This document shows, in pieces, positions 39,307 through 52,539 of a stretch of 64,000 bases of DNA (the stretch's first letter is position 1; every line of letters begins with the position of its first letter). The stretch comes from Escherichia phage CMSTMSU. Both the position numbers and the translations under genes were made by a program. The notes below the pieces were generated by a model that did not search any database, had not been told where the DNA came from, and saw only the letters and a program-made list of their open reading frames with translations. The stretch is from the sequence record MH494197.1; one strand, given 5' to 3'.

Positions 39307-41447
39307 TTAGAATACATCATCAAGAGTTGTATACTCAACAGTACTGAAACCATCCTCTTTAACTACTTTTAGGATTTTCTCAGTCTTAGAAAGCAATTCT
39401 TCTCTGTGAGAAATGGCATATACATTCTTACCACGCACAGCAGCCATATCTTGGAAGATAGACCACACGCGAAGAACACCACTTGAATCAAGACCTTGGT
39501 CAATCATCTCATCAATGATAAGAATATTGATACTTTGATACAATGACTCATATGTATCACGGAAAGCACAAGATAAAGCAATGTTTACCCTTGTACGCTC
39601 ACCACGACTAAGCTGTTTATAGTCAAAGTACTGACCACTTTTCTCAATTTCTACACTCAAATCATTCAAGAACACAACATTATGTTCAGAACCACACATA
39701 TCAATGTAATATTGAAGACGTGTATTCAGATACGAAATGTTTTGTTCAATAATACGCTTACGGACATAAGAATCCTTGTTTAACAACAATTTAACCAAGA
39801 AATCTTGGTGATTTGCCATCTTATCAAGGTTATTATAGTCACTATAGTCGATTGGTACTAATGAATCGGTCGTAAGTGTATTAATTTGTCCAATAAATGT
39901 GTTAGTAGTTTTCAATTCACGATCTAATTGCTGTGATAATGAAGTTACTGTCATTTCTAACTCTTTTACTTCAGATTTATTCAATGTATCTGGTACTTCT
40001 TGAAGAACATGTGCGTTCAGTTCTTCATATGATGACATAAGTTCATTAGCATAGATGTTAATTTGCTCTTCTTCACTCTTTTAATAAGTTCTTGAAGCTT
40101 ATGCTCATGCATTTGTGCTTCAGTTAGTGTAGAATAGAATGTCACAGGCTTAGGTGGCATATCAAAAATCTCAATACTATCAATTTCCTGAAGTATTGTT
40201 TCAATTTCAGAAGTGGAACTATCAATTTTCGATTGAAGTTCATTAATAGTATTTTGAATTTTATCTTTAATAGACGAAGTATGTTCATTATGTTCTAATT
40301 CGGACATACAAAGTGGACATTTACTACTCTCCACTGTTGCTAATTTGTCCACCTCAGCACGTAACGAACTCTCATGACCATTTAAAGCCACCTTTAATGC
40401 GTTAAGTTTTGTTCTTTGAAACGTTTTTGGTTATTATTCTCTTTTAGAATACCCTCCAACTGTTTCCATATCTCCAACTCATTGTGATTTTCTAATTCAG
40501 TACTGATATCAATAGTTTTTAGCTTATCAATACTTACATTTAATGCTAATTTTGCTGTTGCTAGTTCACGGTCATATGCATCATACTTCAAAGCTAACTC
40601 TTGCACACGTCTTTCTATTTGATCACGAGCAGCATTATGAATAAGAGCTTTCTCTTTCACTTCTGCCAAATCATAGAGATCGTTGAAGTCTAAAGTTTTG
40701 TAGATATTCAATTCTTCAGTCAACTTAGATACTCTATTATTTTTATCAATCTCAAATTGGTTAGCTTGTTCTTGTAATGATTCAATACTTTTTGAATACG
40801 TTCATTACTTGCAGCCACAGTTTCAATTTTGAACTTTTCTTGTTCAGCTAAACGTTTAGAATCTTTATACATATCCTTTAATAGTTCAGCTTTCTCTGTT
40901 AATTGTGTGATGCCCAGAAGTTCCTCAATCATATCACGTTGTTTCTGTGATGATAATGCAAGAAACGGCTCTACGTTAGCATTAAGTACTACAATATGTT
41001 CAAATAGTAGTTGAGAAATCCCAAGAATCTCGTTTAGATCTTCTTGTGTATCTTTCTTCTCCCCTCTTGACTCATCTTCGACCTTATTATCTTTACCTAA
41101 TGTAATAAAGTTGAAATACGTGGACTTCTCCCACGCTCGACGAGATATTGTACACCATCTTTCTCGAACTCAACAGATACTTCACAGTTTTAGCATTAGT
41201 TTTATTAACTAAGTTTGGAATTTTGATATCGTTACCAATACTTTTCCAAACAAACCAAAACTAAACCTTGAATGATGGCACTTTTACCAACACCATTACG
41301 GCGACCGGAACTATCACCACCTTCAATAACTGCATCATTGTTTTGACCAAGAACTAACGATATATCAGCACCAGACAAATCAATTACTTGTGGTGCATTG
41401 CCAAATGAAAAGAAGTTCCTCATTGATATACGTGTAATGTTTAGCAC
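39307..41447 (-). CDS. Rad50/SbcC-like recombination ATPase, gp46-like (frame-disrupted)
   Basis: Walker A GRRNGVGKS, coiled-coil middle, ABC signature LSRGER, Walker B LIIDE. Confidence 0.75.
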
Positions 41448-41459
41448 AATAAATTTCCC

Positions 41460-42503
41460 TTATAGTGATCTGTAAATTTGGATTAGAAGATTTTTATCGA
41501 ACATAGGTGAATCAATTTCCATGATTTGTTGTAACACAATCTCATCAACTGACTCAGTACTTTCAAAGCTTTCACCATCTTCAATAAGTTCTTTGATACT
41601 TTGCTTGCTAGTAACAACGTTAAACTCACGAATGTTATAAAGTTTAGTAAAAGTATCACGAATAAAACTAATCTCATCAGTAGTGATAGCAATATCAACT
41701 TGAACCTTTGAAATAGTATTGTCTTGAAGATAATAACTTGGATCTGTTAATAGTTCTGAAAGTGTAAATGTTCTATATTTTGGTGCTTCTGACCAAGAAT
41801 GGAAAGTTGGTTCTTTACCATGTTCTAAAATCATCACACCTCTTGCATCATCCCATGTATCAGAAAAGTTATGTGGAAACAGTTACCTGTGTAAATTACA
41901 CGAGTTCCTTTGGATGTTGTTTTGCTTGTCTCTTGTGGAAATGCCCACTAAAAACATACTCACAACCACCAAAAGAACCTTCAGTCTCTTTACCATGATC
42001 TGGCATCTCAACCATTTTATTGAGCAAGTAGCGTAACTCTAAGTGACCAAAACATACTTACTTTTAAGTTGAGGTAGAACTTTGTATTCATCTTCAATCA
42101 TAAATGGAATGAAAGTACAATCATCAAATGTTGTGATTTCATTAATGAACTCGATGTTCTCATAAACTTGTGCCATATTAATACTAGTAATGTCACGTTT
42201 ATTTTTATGATACATGTCATGGTTCCCAACTAAGAAGTAAACCTTATCAAAGTTGTCATTTAGTAATTGTAGAATTTGTAAACCATAGTTTAATGTTTGA
42301 ATGTTAATATTACTGCGGTTATGGAAGTAATCTCCCATAAACACGCATACAGTAATACCATTTTTCTTAGCAAGTTCAATCATAAACTTGATGAAGTTCA
42401 AACAATCTTCGTTGTGCTGCTTGCTGTTATTCTTTAATCCTAAATGAATATCAGTAAATGTAATTGCTTTATCAAATAGAGCCATCTTCGTTTTTCCTTT
42501 CAA
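41460..42503 (-). CDS. Mre11/SbcD-like nuclease, gp47-like (frame-disrupted)
   Basis: Phosphoesterase motifs DIHLG, GDYFH, GNHD. Confidence 0.8.
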
Positions 42504-42672
42504 TCATGTTCATTTCAATTTCGATTTGACGAGTGTGTGATGGTGTAAAACCATGCATCTCAAGTAAATCGTCTCGATGTTACGAACATTTTTCTCACTA
42601 TTAAGAATCGAACGGAAACTATTGTTAACGAACGAAGTATAGTAAGAGAAAGGATTCAACTGTACTGCTGGT

Positions 42673-43304
42673 TTATCTTTTTGTAAAGAATACTCTCTTT
42701 AAAGAGAAGTGCGTTTTAACTAATTGTATTCTGGCATCACCCATCATTTCATCCAAATATGTATAGTTTCTATAGTTGGATTTGTGTGAGATTTCCTCTG
42801 CCAGTTTAATGAACATTTTACCTAGTTCATTAGTGATTTTACCATGAACAGTGCTGAATTCTCCGTCTTCAAGATCACCTTTCCAGTGAGAACGAACGAC
42901 TTCGTACAGAATACCTTCTTCATCTACAATGTAATGTTTGAATGGTTCAAAATTAACTCTTGTATCTGCTGGGATATGTTCATCGGTAATTACACGAATA
43001 ACCACCTCATCGATAGGTACATCAGTCAGTACTAAATTGTGCTCATCTGCGTATTCCTTCGCTTTCTTCGCACTCATACCTTCTTTTCACGAATTGCATC
43101 AAGCATTTCATTGTTGAGACGTTTAATACGTGCTGCTTTAGCTTTATCTAAAAGTTCTGCTGTGATTTCGGATTCATCAAAACGATATAATCGTACATAC
43201 TGTAGCACTTATCAAGTAACCAGCAATATGAGATTTTACTTTTTGTATCTCACGAAGTAAATCAGCATTGTTAAGATACTTTTACGCTTCGGCCTATTTG
43301 TCAT
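42673..43304 (-). CDS. Late sigma factor, gp55-like (frame-disrupted)
   Basis: ...LGKMFIKLAEEISHKSNYRNYTYLDEMMGDARIQLVKT... parallels T4 gp55; sits next to gp47/gp46 as in T4. Confidence 0.55.
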
Positions 43305-43361
43305 TATTTCAACTCTCCATGTTTTAAATCCAATAGGTACATTCCTTGTACCATCAATGTT

Positions 43362-43399
43362 ATTATAGCACCAAAACGTCTTTGTCCCACGTATAAATA
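43362..43399. promoter_or_regulatory. Divergent promoters: early (minus, TGGGAC-TGcTATAAT) and late (plus, TATAAATA)
   Basis: Minus -10 at 43362-43367; plus TATAAATA at 43392-43399. Confidence 0.5.
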
Positions 43400-43417
43400 C
43401 ATCAAATGTTCCTTCTT

Positions 43418-44115
43418 ATGGAGAATCAAAAGATGATTGATCGTAGAATCCGATTAAGACCTAAAACCGCAGGTGCTAACTATGTGTATGGTGATTTTGG
43501 CAACAGTTCAGAGCCAACATTGCTGTCGTTTCTGCGTCCAACAAATGGTTTGGTTTGGACTGTAACCCCAACTGTAACTGAACAAAGGTCGGTTCAATAT
43601 GAAACACAGTCCCTATACATACTAACAGTAACTACAACAACTACAAGAATACAACAAACACAATTTTCACTATCCAAGGTGAGTTTTATGCAAACACTGC
43701 TGCTGAAGCAATGTATGCATTGGCTTGTGTTCATTTTATTCGTTCCGTGTCCTTAATGGACTTTGGTCGTCAAGCAGCATCTGCTAATAATCCCGAACTA
43801 GCAATTGCAGGTGCACCACCGCCAATTTTACTATTAAGTGGGTATGGTCGTTATACATATAATGATATTCCTGTTATTTTGAAAGCATATAATTTTACAT
43901 ATCCAAATGATGTTTCTTACATTCAGGTTCCATTGAATAGTAGTGATAGTACTTTTAATTTATCTGATATGGATAGTCGTCAATTCTTCGAACAGCTTAG
44001 AAGTACTGGATATATGAATCCACAAGATGAGGTATGGGTTCCACAGAAAATATCTGTAATGCTTCAACTTGAAGAACAACCAACATCTGATTACATGACT
44101 AAAAGTTCAACCTAA
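43418..44115 (+). CDS. Baseplate/tail structural protein (frame-disrupted)
   Basis: First plus-strand late gene after TATAAATA. Confidence 0.35.
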
Positions 44116-44161
44116 ATGCATTTAAGCGTGGTGAACTATTACGTAATGGAGGATTTATCTA

Positions 44162-44476
44162 ATGTCCAATTATAGTCAATACTCTCCTTATGCAAAGGTT
44201 AAACAAACGTGGTATCTTGGTTACAATTTACCACGTGATATGGTTCCTGCTGATACTGACGACTTCTATGTAATTCCATTGAAGTATGAGCATCAACCTT
44301 GGCGTTTAGCATACGAAATGTATGGTAATGAACGTCTGTATTATGTATTTGCCCTATTGAATCCTGATATATTAGGAGAAGACCCAATATACAATTTTAA
44401 TAGTGGTATCACAATTCGTGTTCCCTCAAATCAACGAGTGCAAAACTATTTGAACGGTACTCGTAACATAGGTTAA
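44162..44476 (+). CDS. LysM-like baseplate wedge protein, gp53-like
   Basis: ...YVIPLKYEHQPWRLAYEMYGNERLYYVFALLNPDIL...GITIRVP fits the LysM-like tail protein pattern. Confidence 0.45.
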   Translation: MSNYSQYSPYAKVKQTWYLGYNLPRDMVPADTDDFYVIPLKYEHQPWRLAYEMYGNERLYYVFALLNPDILGEDPIYNFNSGITIRVPSNQRVQNYLNGTRNIG

Positions 44477-44487
44477 TGGAGTAAAGT

Positions 44488-44930
44488 ATGGCAGATTTAC
44501 AAAGTTCTGTTGATAATTTTAAAATGATATTTCAAACATCACAAGTTCTGCAAAGGCAGCAAAAGAAACTGCAACAAGTACTATTGAAAGCTTAAAAGCC
44601 ACTGCTAATACTTTGCAAAATGATCTTGAAAAAGTAAAAACAATTTTAAAGCTAAGGTTAGTAACGTACAGTCTTTACCAAAGCAAAGTGCAAGCGTTGA
44701 CCAAGTGTATGAAGACTTGGATCTAAGTGAGTTTGTTATTCCTTATGACAATAAATTGTTAAAGTATGACAATCCAACTTGGCACTTTTCCCGCATTAGA
44801 CAAGGATGATTTCAAAACTTCTGGCTTTACCCAGATGCTGAAGTTCAACGTCATGTCATCTCTGAAAGTGGTGTAACTGGAAAGTATAATATCACAAGTG
44901 TTCAGATGACACAAGCTGGTCCTTCAACTC
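44488..44930 (+). CDS. Hypothetical structural protein (frame-disrupted)
   Basis: SD GGAG and ATG at 44488. Confidence 0.3.
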
Positions 44931-44933
44931 GGG

Positions 44934-45803
44934 ATGACAACCAACTATTGCTTCAACACAGCAGTACTGAACCTTTCAGAAAACAATAGTATGAGTTTAT
45001 ATGATGAACTAATTTCTTTAAGTAATAAACTAAGGTATCATAAGTTCATGGACTTACCTTTGATATTAGAATTGAAATTTATTGGATTCAATACTAATGG
45101 TGTACCTGAAACTATACCAGAAACAACTCGTAGATGGTCCGTGAAGATTAACAGTGTTACCGCTAGTGCATCACAAAGTGGTAGTACTATGCTGTATTCT
45201 ATGAGTCTTGTTCATAACCGTGCGGCTCTAGTGGATAATGTGGAATGGACTCTTAAAGAACCATTTACCTGCACAGCAGAAAACTTTGGTGATTTTTGTT
45301 TTGATTTGGAAGATAAATTGAATCAAATGGCAGACCAGCAATATGGTTATTTGCGTTATAAATTTGGTGAGTTAGCAGAAGGGAAGTTCTTTGAATTCAA
45401 AGTTGCACCAGATTTACAGGATTTGTTTATAAACTATGATTCTAAACAGATGGCAGAAGCTGGAGCTACAAAAAGTGGTGCACAGGGTTCTAAAACTTTT
45501 CATGGAATCCAAGTACTCCAATTTCTCGAATTATCGATGACGTAATAGATACCTGTACTGTACAGGCTGATGATAGTACTAGTGTTCGTCAATTTGTTAA
45601 TATAATCCCACTTAAACAGTATGTTGGATTTGATAATTACCGAAACACGTCAGTTTATAAAGTTGTTTTCTATATAGTTCGTTTTAAAATTGGTGATATT
45701 GTTCATGAATCCGATTTACAGCCAGAAAACTTTACATTTGAGTATTTCTTTGAAAATGCCGAGAAATATGTAGACCCAAATGACCAAAACCAAAGATTAA
45801 CAT
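44934..45803 (+). CDS. Hypothetical structural protein (frame-disrupted)
   Basis: ORF 44934-45545 continues in another frame to ~45803. Confidence 0.3.
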
Positions 45804-46727
45804 GAAAACTTACAATTATCAGTTTAGTGGACTCAATAGTGAGATTCTAGACCTTGATTTGAAGTTTGATCAGCAATTCTTTGTAGCTACAACTCGTAAC
45901 CCGGTCCAATACAGGACGTTGCGAACCATGCTGGTACACACATCACAAGAATTGAATATCCAAGGTGTTCAGTACAACAGTATACCAGATGCGTGGGCAA
46001 AACAAGTGATTTACGCGTCACACGTGATCTTGGTGGTATATTAACACAGGCACAAGAGCAACTTTTAAATCGAGTAGAAACTTTAGCAAGAGAACAAATG
46101 CAGGTTGGTAATGCTGAAGAACAGGATCGTTATAATAACTATCAAGTAAACGTTCTACCACAGTATATTGAAGATTATGTAACCACATATGAAGAAAATG
46201 ACGGTGGAACCGATGGAATTGGTCATCGATATGGTGAAGTATTCACAATGCCAACTGAAGCAACCAATAATGAAACAACATTATCTGCATCATTGAACGA
46301 TAACAGTAGTACATATGAAATGGACCGCCGTAAAATTCGTGACAACTATTACAATCGTCCATTCTTGTGTAAATTGGATATGCGTGTAGTTGGTGACCCA
46401 TATTGGTTAGGTTGGAGTGATTATTCATATATCCAATATCTTGAACAGGTAATTAATGGAGAAGATATGGAAATTAATCCAGAAGATTACCATGTAGCAA
46501 ACTACATTACATCTGAAGCATATCTTTTATTGAAATTACAACCTGTAGTTTCTATAAATGATAACACTGGTGTTCTTGATATTAATACCCCAACTACATT
46601 TAACCAAACTGTTTATCGTGTAAACAAAATTGTTCATGATTTTGGTGCAGGTGGATCATTTACACAACAAATTCAGGCTGCAATTGTAATTCGTGCACTC
46701 AAACGTCACGATAGTATAATTGAATAA
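45802..46727 (+). CDS. Baseplate hub candidate, gp27-like by position (frame-disrupted)
   Basis: ~310 aa immediately upstream of the spike gene. Confidence 0.3.
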
Positions 46728-46740
46728 GGAATAATTTAAG

Positions 46741-48255
46741 ATGGCAGATACAAGTAAGAAATATGCCCAACAACAGTTGGGTCGTTTTGACCCTTCGTAT
46801 CCACAACTAGCAACCGTGATGGATAACCGTGACCCAACTAAATCCGGTAAGCTAAAAGTGTGGATTCAAGGTTCACAAAGTGATAAAAATTCAAAAGAGT
46901 CATGGATTGAAGCATCATACATGTCTCCATTCGCTGGTAAAACTCGGGATACCAAGTGCTGATGCTTATGGTCAATATCCAAAGGGATATGGTTTTGGGC
47001 AGTTCCACCTGATGTCGGATGTACTGTTGTTGTTATATTTGCACAAGCAAGAACATTCCAAGCGTATTGGATTGGTTGTGTTTATGACCAACGTATGAAT
47101 ACGATGGTTCCGGATGGCTACTGAAATAAGCAATTATGCAGGTACTGATATGCCATTACCCGTAACTGATTATGACCGTAATACAATTTCTACCAGTACT
47201 CAAGACAAATATGCAAACGTTCCAATTATTGCAGGTCTGAAAAACAAAACTTACTTTATGATGAGGAAGCGGGTGTTGCTAACCGTAGCAGTACTCGCCA
47301 AACTACCAGTACTGTTTATGGTCTTTCCTCACCTCGTGGTAACAGTTTTATTATTGATGATGGTTACACAGAAGAAGAATTAACAGCACCTACATGGGAT
47401 CAAGATCCAGATGGTTATCAGGATACCCAATTCAATAACCCAGTGAACGATACTCGTGTTGGTTCTCGTAAAAATGAAGGCGTTGTAATTAAAACACGTA
47501 GTGGTGCACAGTTGTTGTTATCTGAAGCCTCTGGTGATGTTCTTTTAATTAACCGTGATGGTACTGCACGTATTAAATTCACTGGTGAAGGTGACATTGA
47601 AATGCACTGTGATAAGAATATTAACATTCGTGCAGGACAAGATATTAACATGGTTGCGGGTCGCTCATATAATATTGAAAGTGGAGCAGACTTCAATGCT
47701 CGTGTTGGTGCAAACACTAAACTAGATTTGGTTGGTGCATTGGATGCTAAAGTTGGTGGTCAGGTTGTTATTAACGCTGGAGCAGATTTACGTTTAGTAA
47801 CAGCAGCTTCATTACGTATGCAAAGTGGTAGCAGTACTGATATAACTGCTGGTTCTAATGCGTCAATCTCTGCTGCTACCAGTGCTAATCTTATTGGTTC
47901 TTCATCAGCTATTATTAGTGGTGGTGGTCAAACCCTTACTGTTAACAGTGGTGGTAATAGTGGTACTGCTGAATTTAATGCACCAAACTTCCGCACCCCA
48001 TCTGCTGGCTTGAATGATCATATACATGATATATCGGCTTGGGTTGATGCAGAGAATCACGGCAGTACTGTTGAACCTCCACGTCAAGGTGGTGGTAGTG
48101 GGAATAGTGAATCCCCAGTTCAACCCGAACCTGCTAATGATGTAGCTCCAACTTTAGCTCCAGTACAGGACACTGAAGCAATTCAATATGTAAATTATAC
48201 AACAGAAACAGAACAAGTTCAAACACAAGATTTAATGACTTCTGATCCGGCATGA
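46741..48255 (+). CDS. Baseplate central spike, gp5/VgrG-like (frame-disrupted)
   Basis: N-terminal ...DNRDPTKSGKLKVWI...; C-terminal beta-helix repeats; no lysozyme domain inside. Confidence 0.7.
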
Positions 48256-49393
48256 CTGGTTATAGCATTACGTATGAAGGTCTTCATATGTTCATGCCGT
48301 GTAGTGGAACCATTCGCCAATACGGTTATTGGGGAAAGGTGTCCCGACTAGTGGTGGTGGTAAAGCTGATAGAAGTGGCTGGGAAATACAGTGCAAGGGT
48401 GATGTTGTAGCTCCAGATGGCGGTGTAGTTGTTATCACTAATGGTGCTTTATTGGTTCAACATAAGTCTGGATATAAATCTGTATTTTATAATATTCAAT
48501 CAGATTTGCTCAATAAAGACGTTGTTCAAAAGGTCAAGTTATCGGGAAAGCAAATGGTGTTATACAATTTGAAATACGAGTAACTTCTGCCAACGTACTA
48601 GGATTTAGTGGTTCTGTTGACCGGATTATTTTATGCATCACAGACTGGCACAGGTTCTGAAGCGGGAAATAAAACATTAATTGCAGGACAAGCAACGAAC
48701 CAAGCAGCACCGAAAGCTGTTGTTCAACCTTCTGTTGATAGTGATGAATTAGTTGTCACAACTAAAATTAAAACTATCGGTACTGGGTATTCTCAACGTG
48801 GTTCTCGTCATGTCCCTCGTCGTAGAAGAACACAACGTTCAGGTGGTACTCCAGTACCTACGGCACAAGAATCATACAATGTGGGTAATGTTGATAAGAC
48901 TGCAATTGATTGGAAAGTTGTTCCGGGTGATTCACAATTTATTTCTGAATTGAAAGAATATGAAGGAACAATGGCGTATCAACAAGCTAAAGGATATTAC
49001 CGCAATGGTAAATTTTGGAGATATTTGGATAGTCGTGGATTCCCAACTATTGGTTACGGTCACTTGATTGTTAGTGGTGAAAACTTCTCTGGTGGGATTA
49101 CCGAACAGGAAGCCAATGATATGTTGGTGCGTGATAGTAGTAAGGCTATATATGACGCAAAATCCATTTACGCTTCTTATAAGATGAAAACACCTTACAT
49201 GGCACAACAAGTTCTATGTCAAATGGTATTCCAGATGGGTAAAGGTGGTGTAATGAAATTTAAGTCAATGCTATCTGAAATGGCAAAAGGTAACTACAAG
49301 CAAGCTGCTGCTCAAATTCGAAATTCAGCTTGGTATCGTCAAACTACACGCCGTGCTGAATTAATGGCACGTAGATTAGAGGCATGTCAATAA
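48252..49393 (+). CDS. Peptidoglycan hydrolase: M23-like N-terminal region fused to GH24 lysozyme (frame-disrupted)
   Basis: ATG overlaps the spike stop (ATGA); N-terminus has M23-like pattern but lacks canonical HxxxD/HxH; C-terminus ...TIGYGHL...QMVFQMGKGGVMKF...SAWYRQTTRRAE... is T4-lysozyme-like. Confidence 0.55.
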
Positions 49394-49430
49394 ATATTTC
49401 AGTACTATAAATAATAATGAGGAAATCTTT

Positions 49431-49913
49431 ATGAGTAAATGGGAAATCAAAAATACCGACGAACAATTTTTAAAGAAATTAAAGAATTTGAAGGTACTAT
49501 TGCGTATCAGAAAAACTTGGTTATTTTAAAAATGATAAGTTTTGGGTATATAAAGACAGTCTAGGTCTTGATACCATTGGTTACGTCACCTTGTACTTAA
49601 GGGTGAAAGTTTCAAAATGGACTCACTGAAGCAGAAGCTGATGCTCTCCTTATAAAAGATGCTCAGACCGCTTACAATGACGCAAAATCAATCTATGATC
49701 AATTTGGAATGACTGCTCCAGTACAGGTTCAGCGTGTATTGTGGTTTATGGTGTTCCAAATGGGTAAATCAAAAGTTTTAAATTTCAAAAAGCGATGGCT
49801 GCTCTCGGTCGTGGTGATTATAAAACTGCTGGTAAAGAAATGCGTGATAGTTCGTGGTACAAACAAACCACATCCAGAGCGGAGAAGATGGCTCGCATCG
49901 TCGAATCCGTATA
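49431..49913 (+). CDS. Second GH24 lysozyme paralog (frame-disrupted)
   Basis: ...FEGTIAYQKN...TIGYGHL...FMVFQMGKSKVLNF...SSWYKQTTSRAEKMA... Confidence 0.55.
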
Positions 49914-49928
49914 ATAAAGGAAACACAT

Positions 49929-50389
49929 AATGGCAATTGTTTTAAAGGTTTTTCAACTCCAGTGGTTGGAAGAACTGAAACATTGTATGACAGTGAATTG
50001 GTTCGTCAGGATTTAATGAATCATTTCAATACAAAAAAGGTGAACGTGCATTTGATGCTGATTATGGGTTCATTGCGTGGGATTTGCTATTTGAATTGGA
50101 TGGTTATAATACAATCAACCTTTTGGAAGCAGATGCCCGTAGAATTATTAGCTTGGACCCACGTTTAAGCTTAAAGAAACTTCAAATATCAAGAATTGAG
50201 TACGGTTATCAGATGGATATAGTACTTGAATATGTTATTCTCAATACTCTTGAAGAATTAACTATAGTTTTGATGCAAGAAGTAACAACAGAATGGCTAC
50301 CTATTCTGTATCATCTTTTAAATTATAAAAGCACTCTTCGGGTGCTTTTCTTTTGGATAAATATTTCTATATATAATTCCCAGTACTGA
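49929..50389 (+). CDS. gp25/GPW-like baseplate wedge protein (frame-disrupted)
   Basis: ...LVRQDLMNHFNTKKGERAFDADYGFIAWDLLFE... matches the gp25/GPW family pattern. Confidence 0.55.
50327..50356 (+). terminator. Hairpin with UUCG-type loop and T-run
   Basis: GCACTC-ttcg-GGTGC then TTTTCTTTTGG; lies inside the nominal 3' end of the gp25-like ORF. Confidence 0.45.
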
Positions 50390-50421
50390 ACTAGTACTTT
50401 ACTGATTTAAAGGAATAAATT

Positions 50422-52537
50422 ATGTCACAACAAAAAGGCAATCAAATTTATACGCTGGTGAAGATTGGACTCAAGTATATGAAAGCTTTTATAAGATCAA
50501 TCTAACAGCTTATGACTTTGATACAATCCGTCAAAGTATGATTGACTATCTACGTGCTACGTACCCAGATTCTTTCAACGACTGGATCGAAAACGACCAG
50601 TTCATCTTTATTCTAGATACCATTTCTATGCTAGGACAGAACTTAGCATTCCGTATGGATTTAAACACTCGTGAGAACTTCCTAGATACTGCTACTCGTC
50701 GTGCATCAGTACTGAAACTCGCAAAAATGATTTCTTATTCTCCACGCCGTTCATATCCAAACGCAGTTGCTAAATTAACAGAAATAAAACCAACCAAGAC
50801 GTTCGTAATAGTTTTAACGAATCACTTAAGGATAAAATCATTCGTTGGAATGACCCAATGGACACAAACTGGTATGAGAACTTCATTCTAGTTATGAACA
50901 GTTCATTTGTCAGTACTAACCAGTTTGGTAATCCGGTTAAACGTATCGATATCAATGGTGTTTCTCGTCAGCTATATCGTATGAATACAATTCCAATGTC
51001 AGCACCAAGTCTTCCATTCACAGCTACAGTTAATGGTGAATCGATGACATTTGAAGTTGTCAACCCTGATATTACAGCAGTTGGTGTTGAAGAGCGTCAC
51101 CCTGAACCACAAGAGCAAAAATATATCGTTTATCAGAATGATGGTAACGGATTTAGTTCACCAAATACTGGTTTCTTCGTTTATTTTGTTCAAGGGACAT
51201 TGACATACCAAGATTACCAATATAATATTCGTGAAGAAAACCGTATCCAAGACATCAACGTAGATAATATCAACGAAACTGATGTTTGGGTTCAGGAAAT
51301 CAACGAAGATGGTATTGTACGTACTAAATGGACCAAAGTTCCATCTATGGAAAGTATCGCATACAATACGGTTAACCGTCAACTAAAACAATCTTTGCTG
51401 TCACAACTCGTGATAAAGACCAGATTACTATTAAGTATCCTGATTCTCGTAGTGGTGTTGTTCCTCGTGGACGTATCGTGTATGGTATCGTGTTAGTAAT
51501 GGTGAAACATACAACATTAAAACGTCTGAAATCCAGAACAAAAGTGTAAAATACACCTATAGAACCAAAACACAATCAAGCTATGAATCCAGTACTTTGG
51601 ATATTCGTTTCACATTGCAATATGAATCAGATCGTGCACAAAGTGCAGAAACAATTGAACAAATTAAGGCTCGTGCTCCACAAATGTATTACACTCAAAA
51701 CCGTTTTGTTAACGGCGAAGACTATAACATTGCTCCGTTGAGTTTGGGTAACACAGTTCTTAAATCTAAAGCAATTAACCGTTTATATAGTGGACAGTCA
51801 CGATTCATTGATATTAATGATCCAACTGGTAAGTATCAAAACACTGATGTGTTTAGTGATGATGGTTCAATGTATCAAGAAAACACACAATTTAATAAAT
51901 CTTTACAATTACCAACTACCAAAACAAATGCTAGTATTGTAATTGATAATATTCAGCCATTGATTGGTGAGAATGCTGTAATCCAACGTTATCAAGCATA
52001 TCCACCGAATACAATTGGTATTGAAATTCAACAAAATGGACACCTGAATACAATTCTAATTACGCAACTAATACGTATGGTCGTATTATGGGAGCAACAG
52101 GTAACGTATTCGGAAATTATCAAGTTGGTACGTTGATTAAGTTTTCAAATGCCGGAACCACTGTGTGGGCTAGTATTGTTAGTGTTCTTGATAATGGATA
52201 TTACGTTCTAAGTACTTCAGTTTCATCAAATATGCAAGCACAAGAGTACATTTTACAATACAGAACACGTTTTAATAGTGTCGAAGTGCAAGCAATCGCT
52301 GCAATGCTTGATAAAAAGACAGATTTTGTTATTATTCATGATAAAGAAACAACTTCTTGGATTCCATTAGAAATCAGTACTGATGAAGATACTATTTCTT
52401 ATAATGGAAATGAAGTTCTTGTTATGATTAACATCAAATATACTGCTGAAACATGGGAATTTGATGCGAATGGCGTTGAATATGTGTTCGTTGGTGGTGA
52501 TAAAGTTCGTTTTACTTCGTTTCTTCTAAAAAGATAA
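50422..52537 (+). CDS. Baseplate wedge protein, gp6-like by position and size (frame-disrupted)
   Basis: ~700 aa over six ORFs immediately after the gp25-like gene. Confidence 0.4.
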
Positions 52538-52539
52538 CT

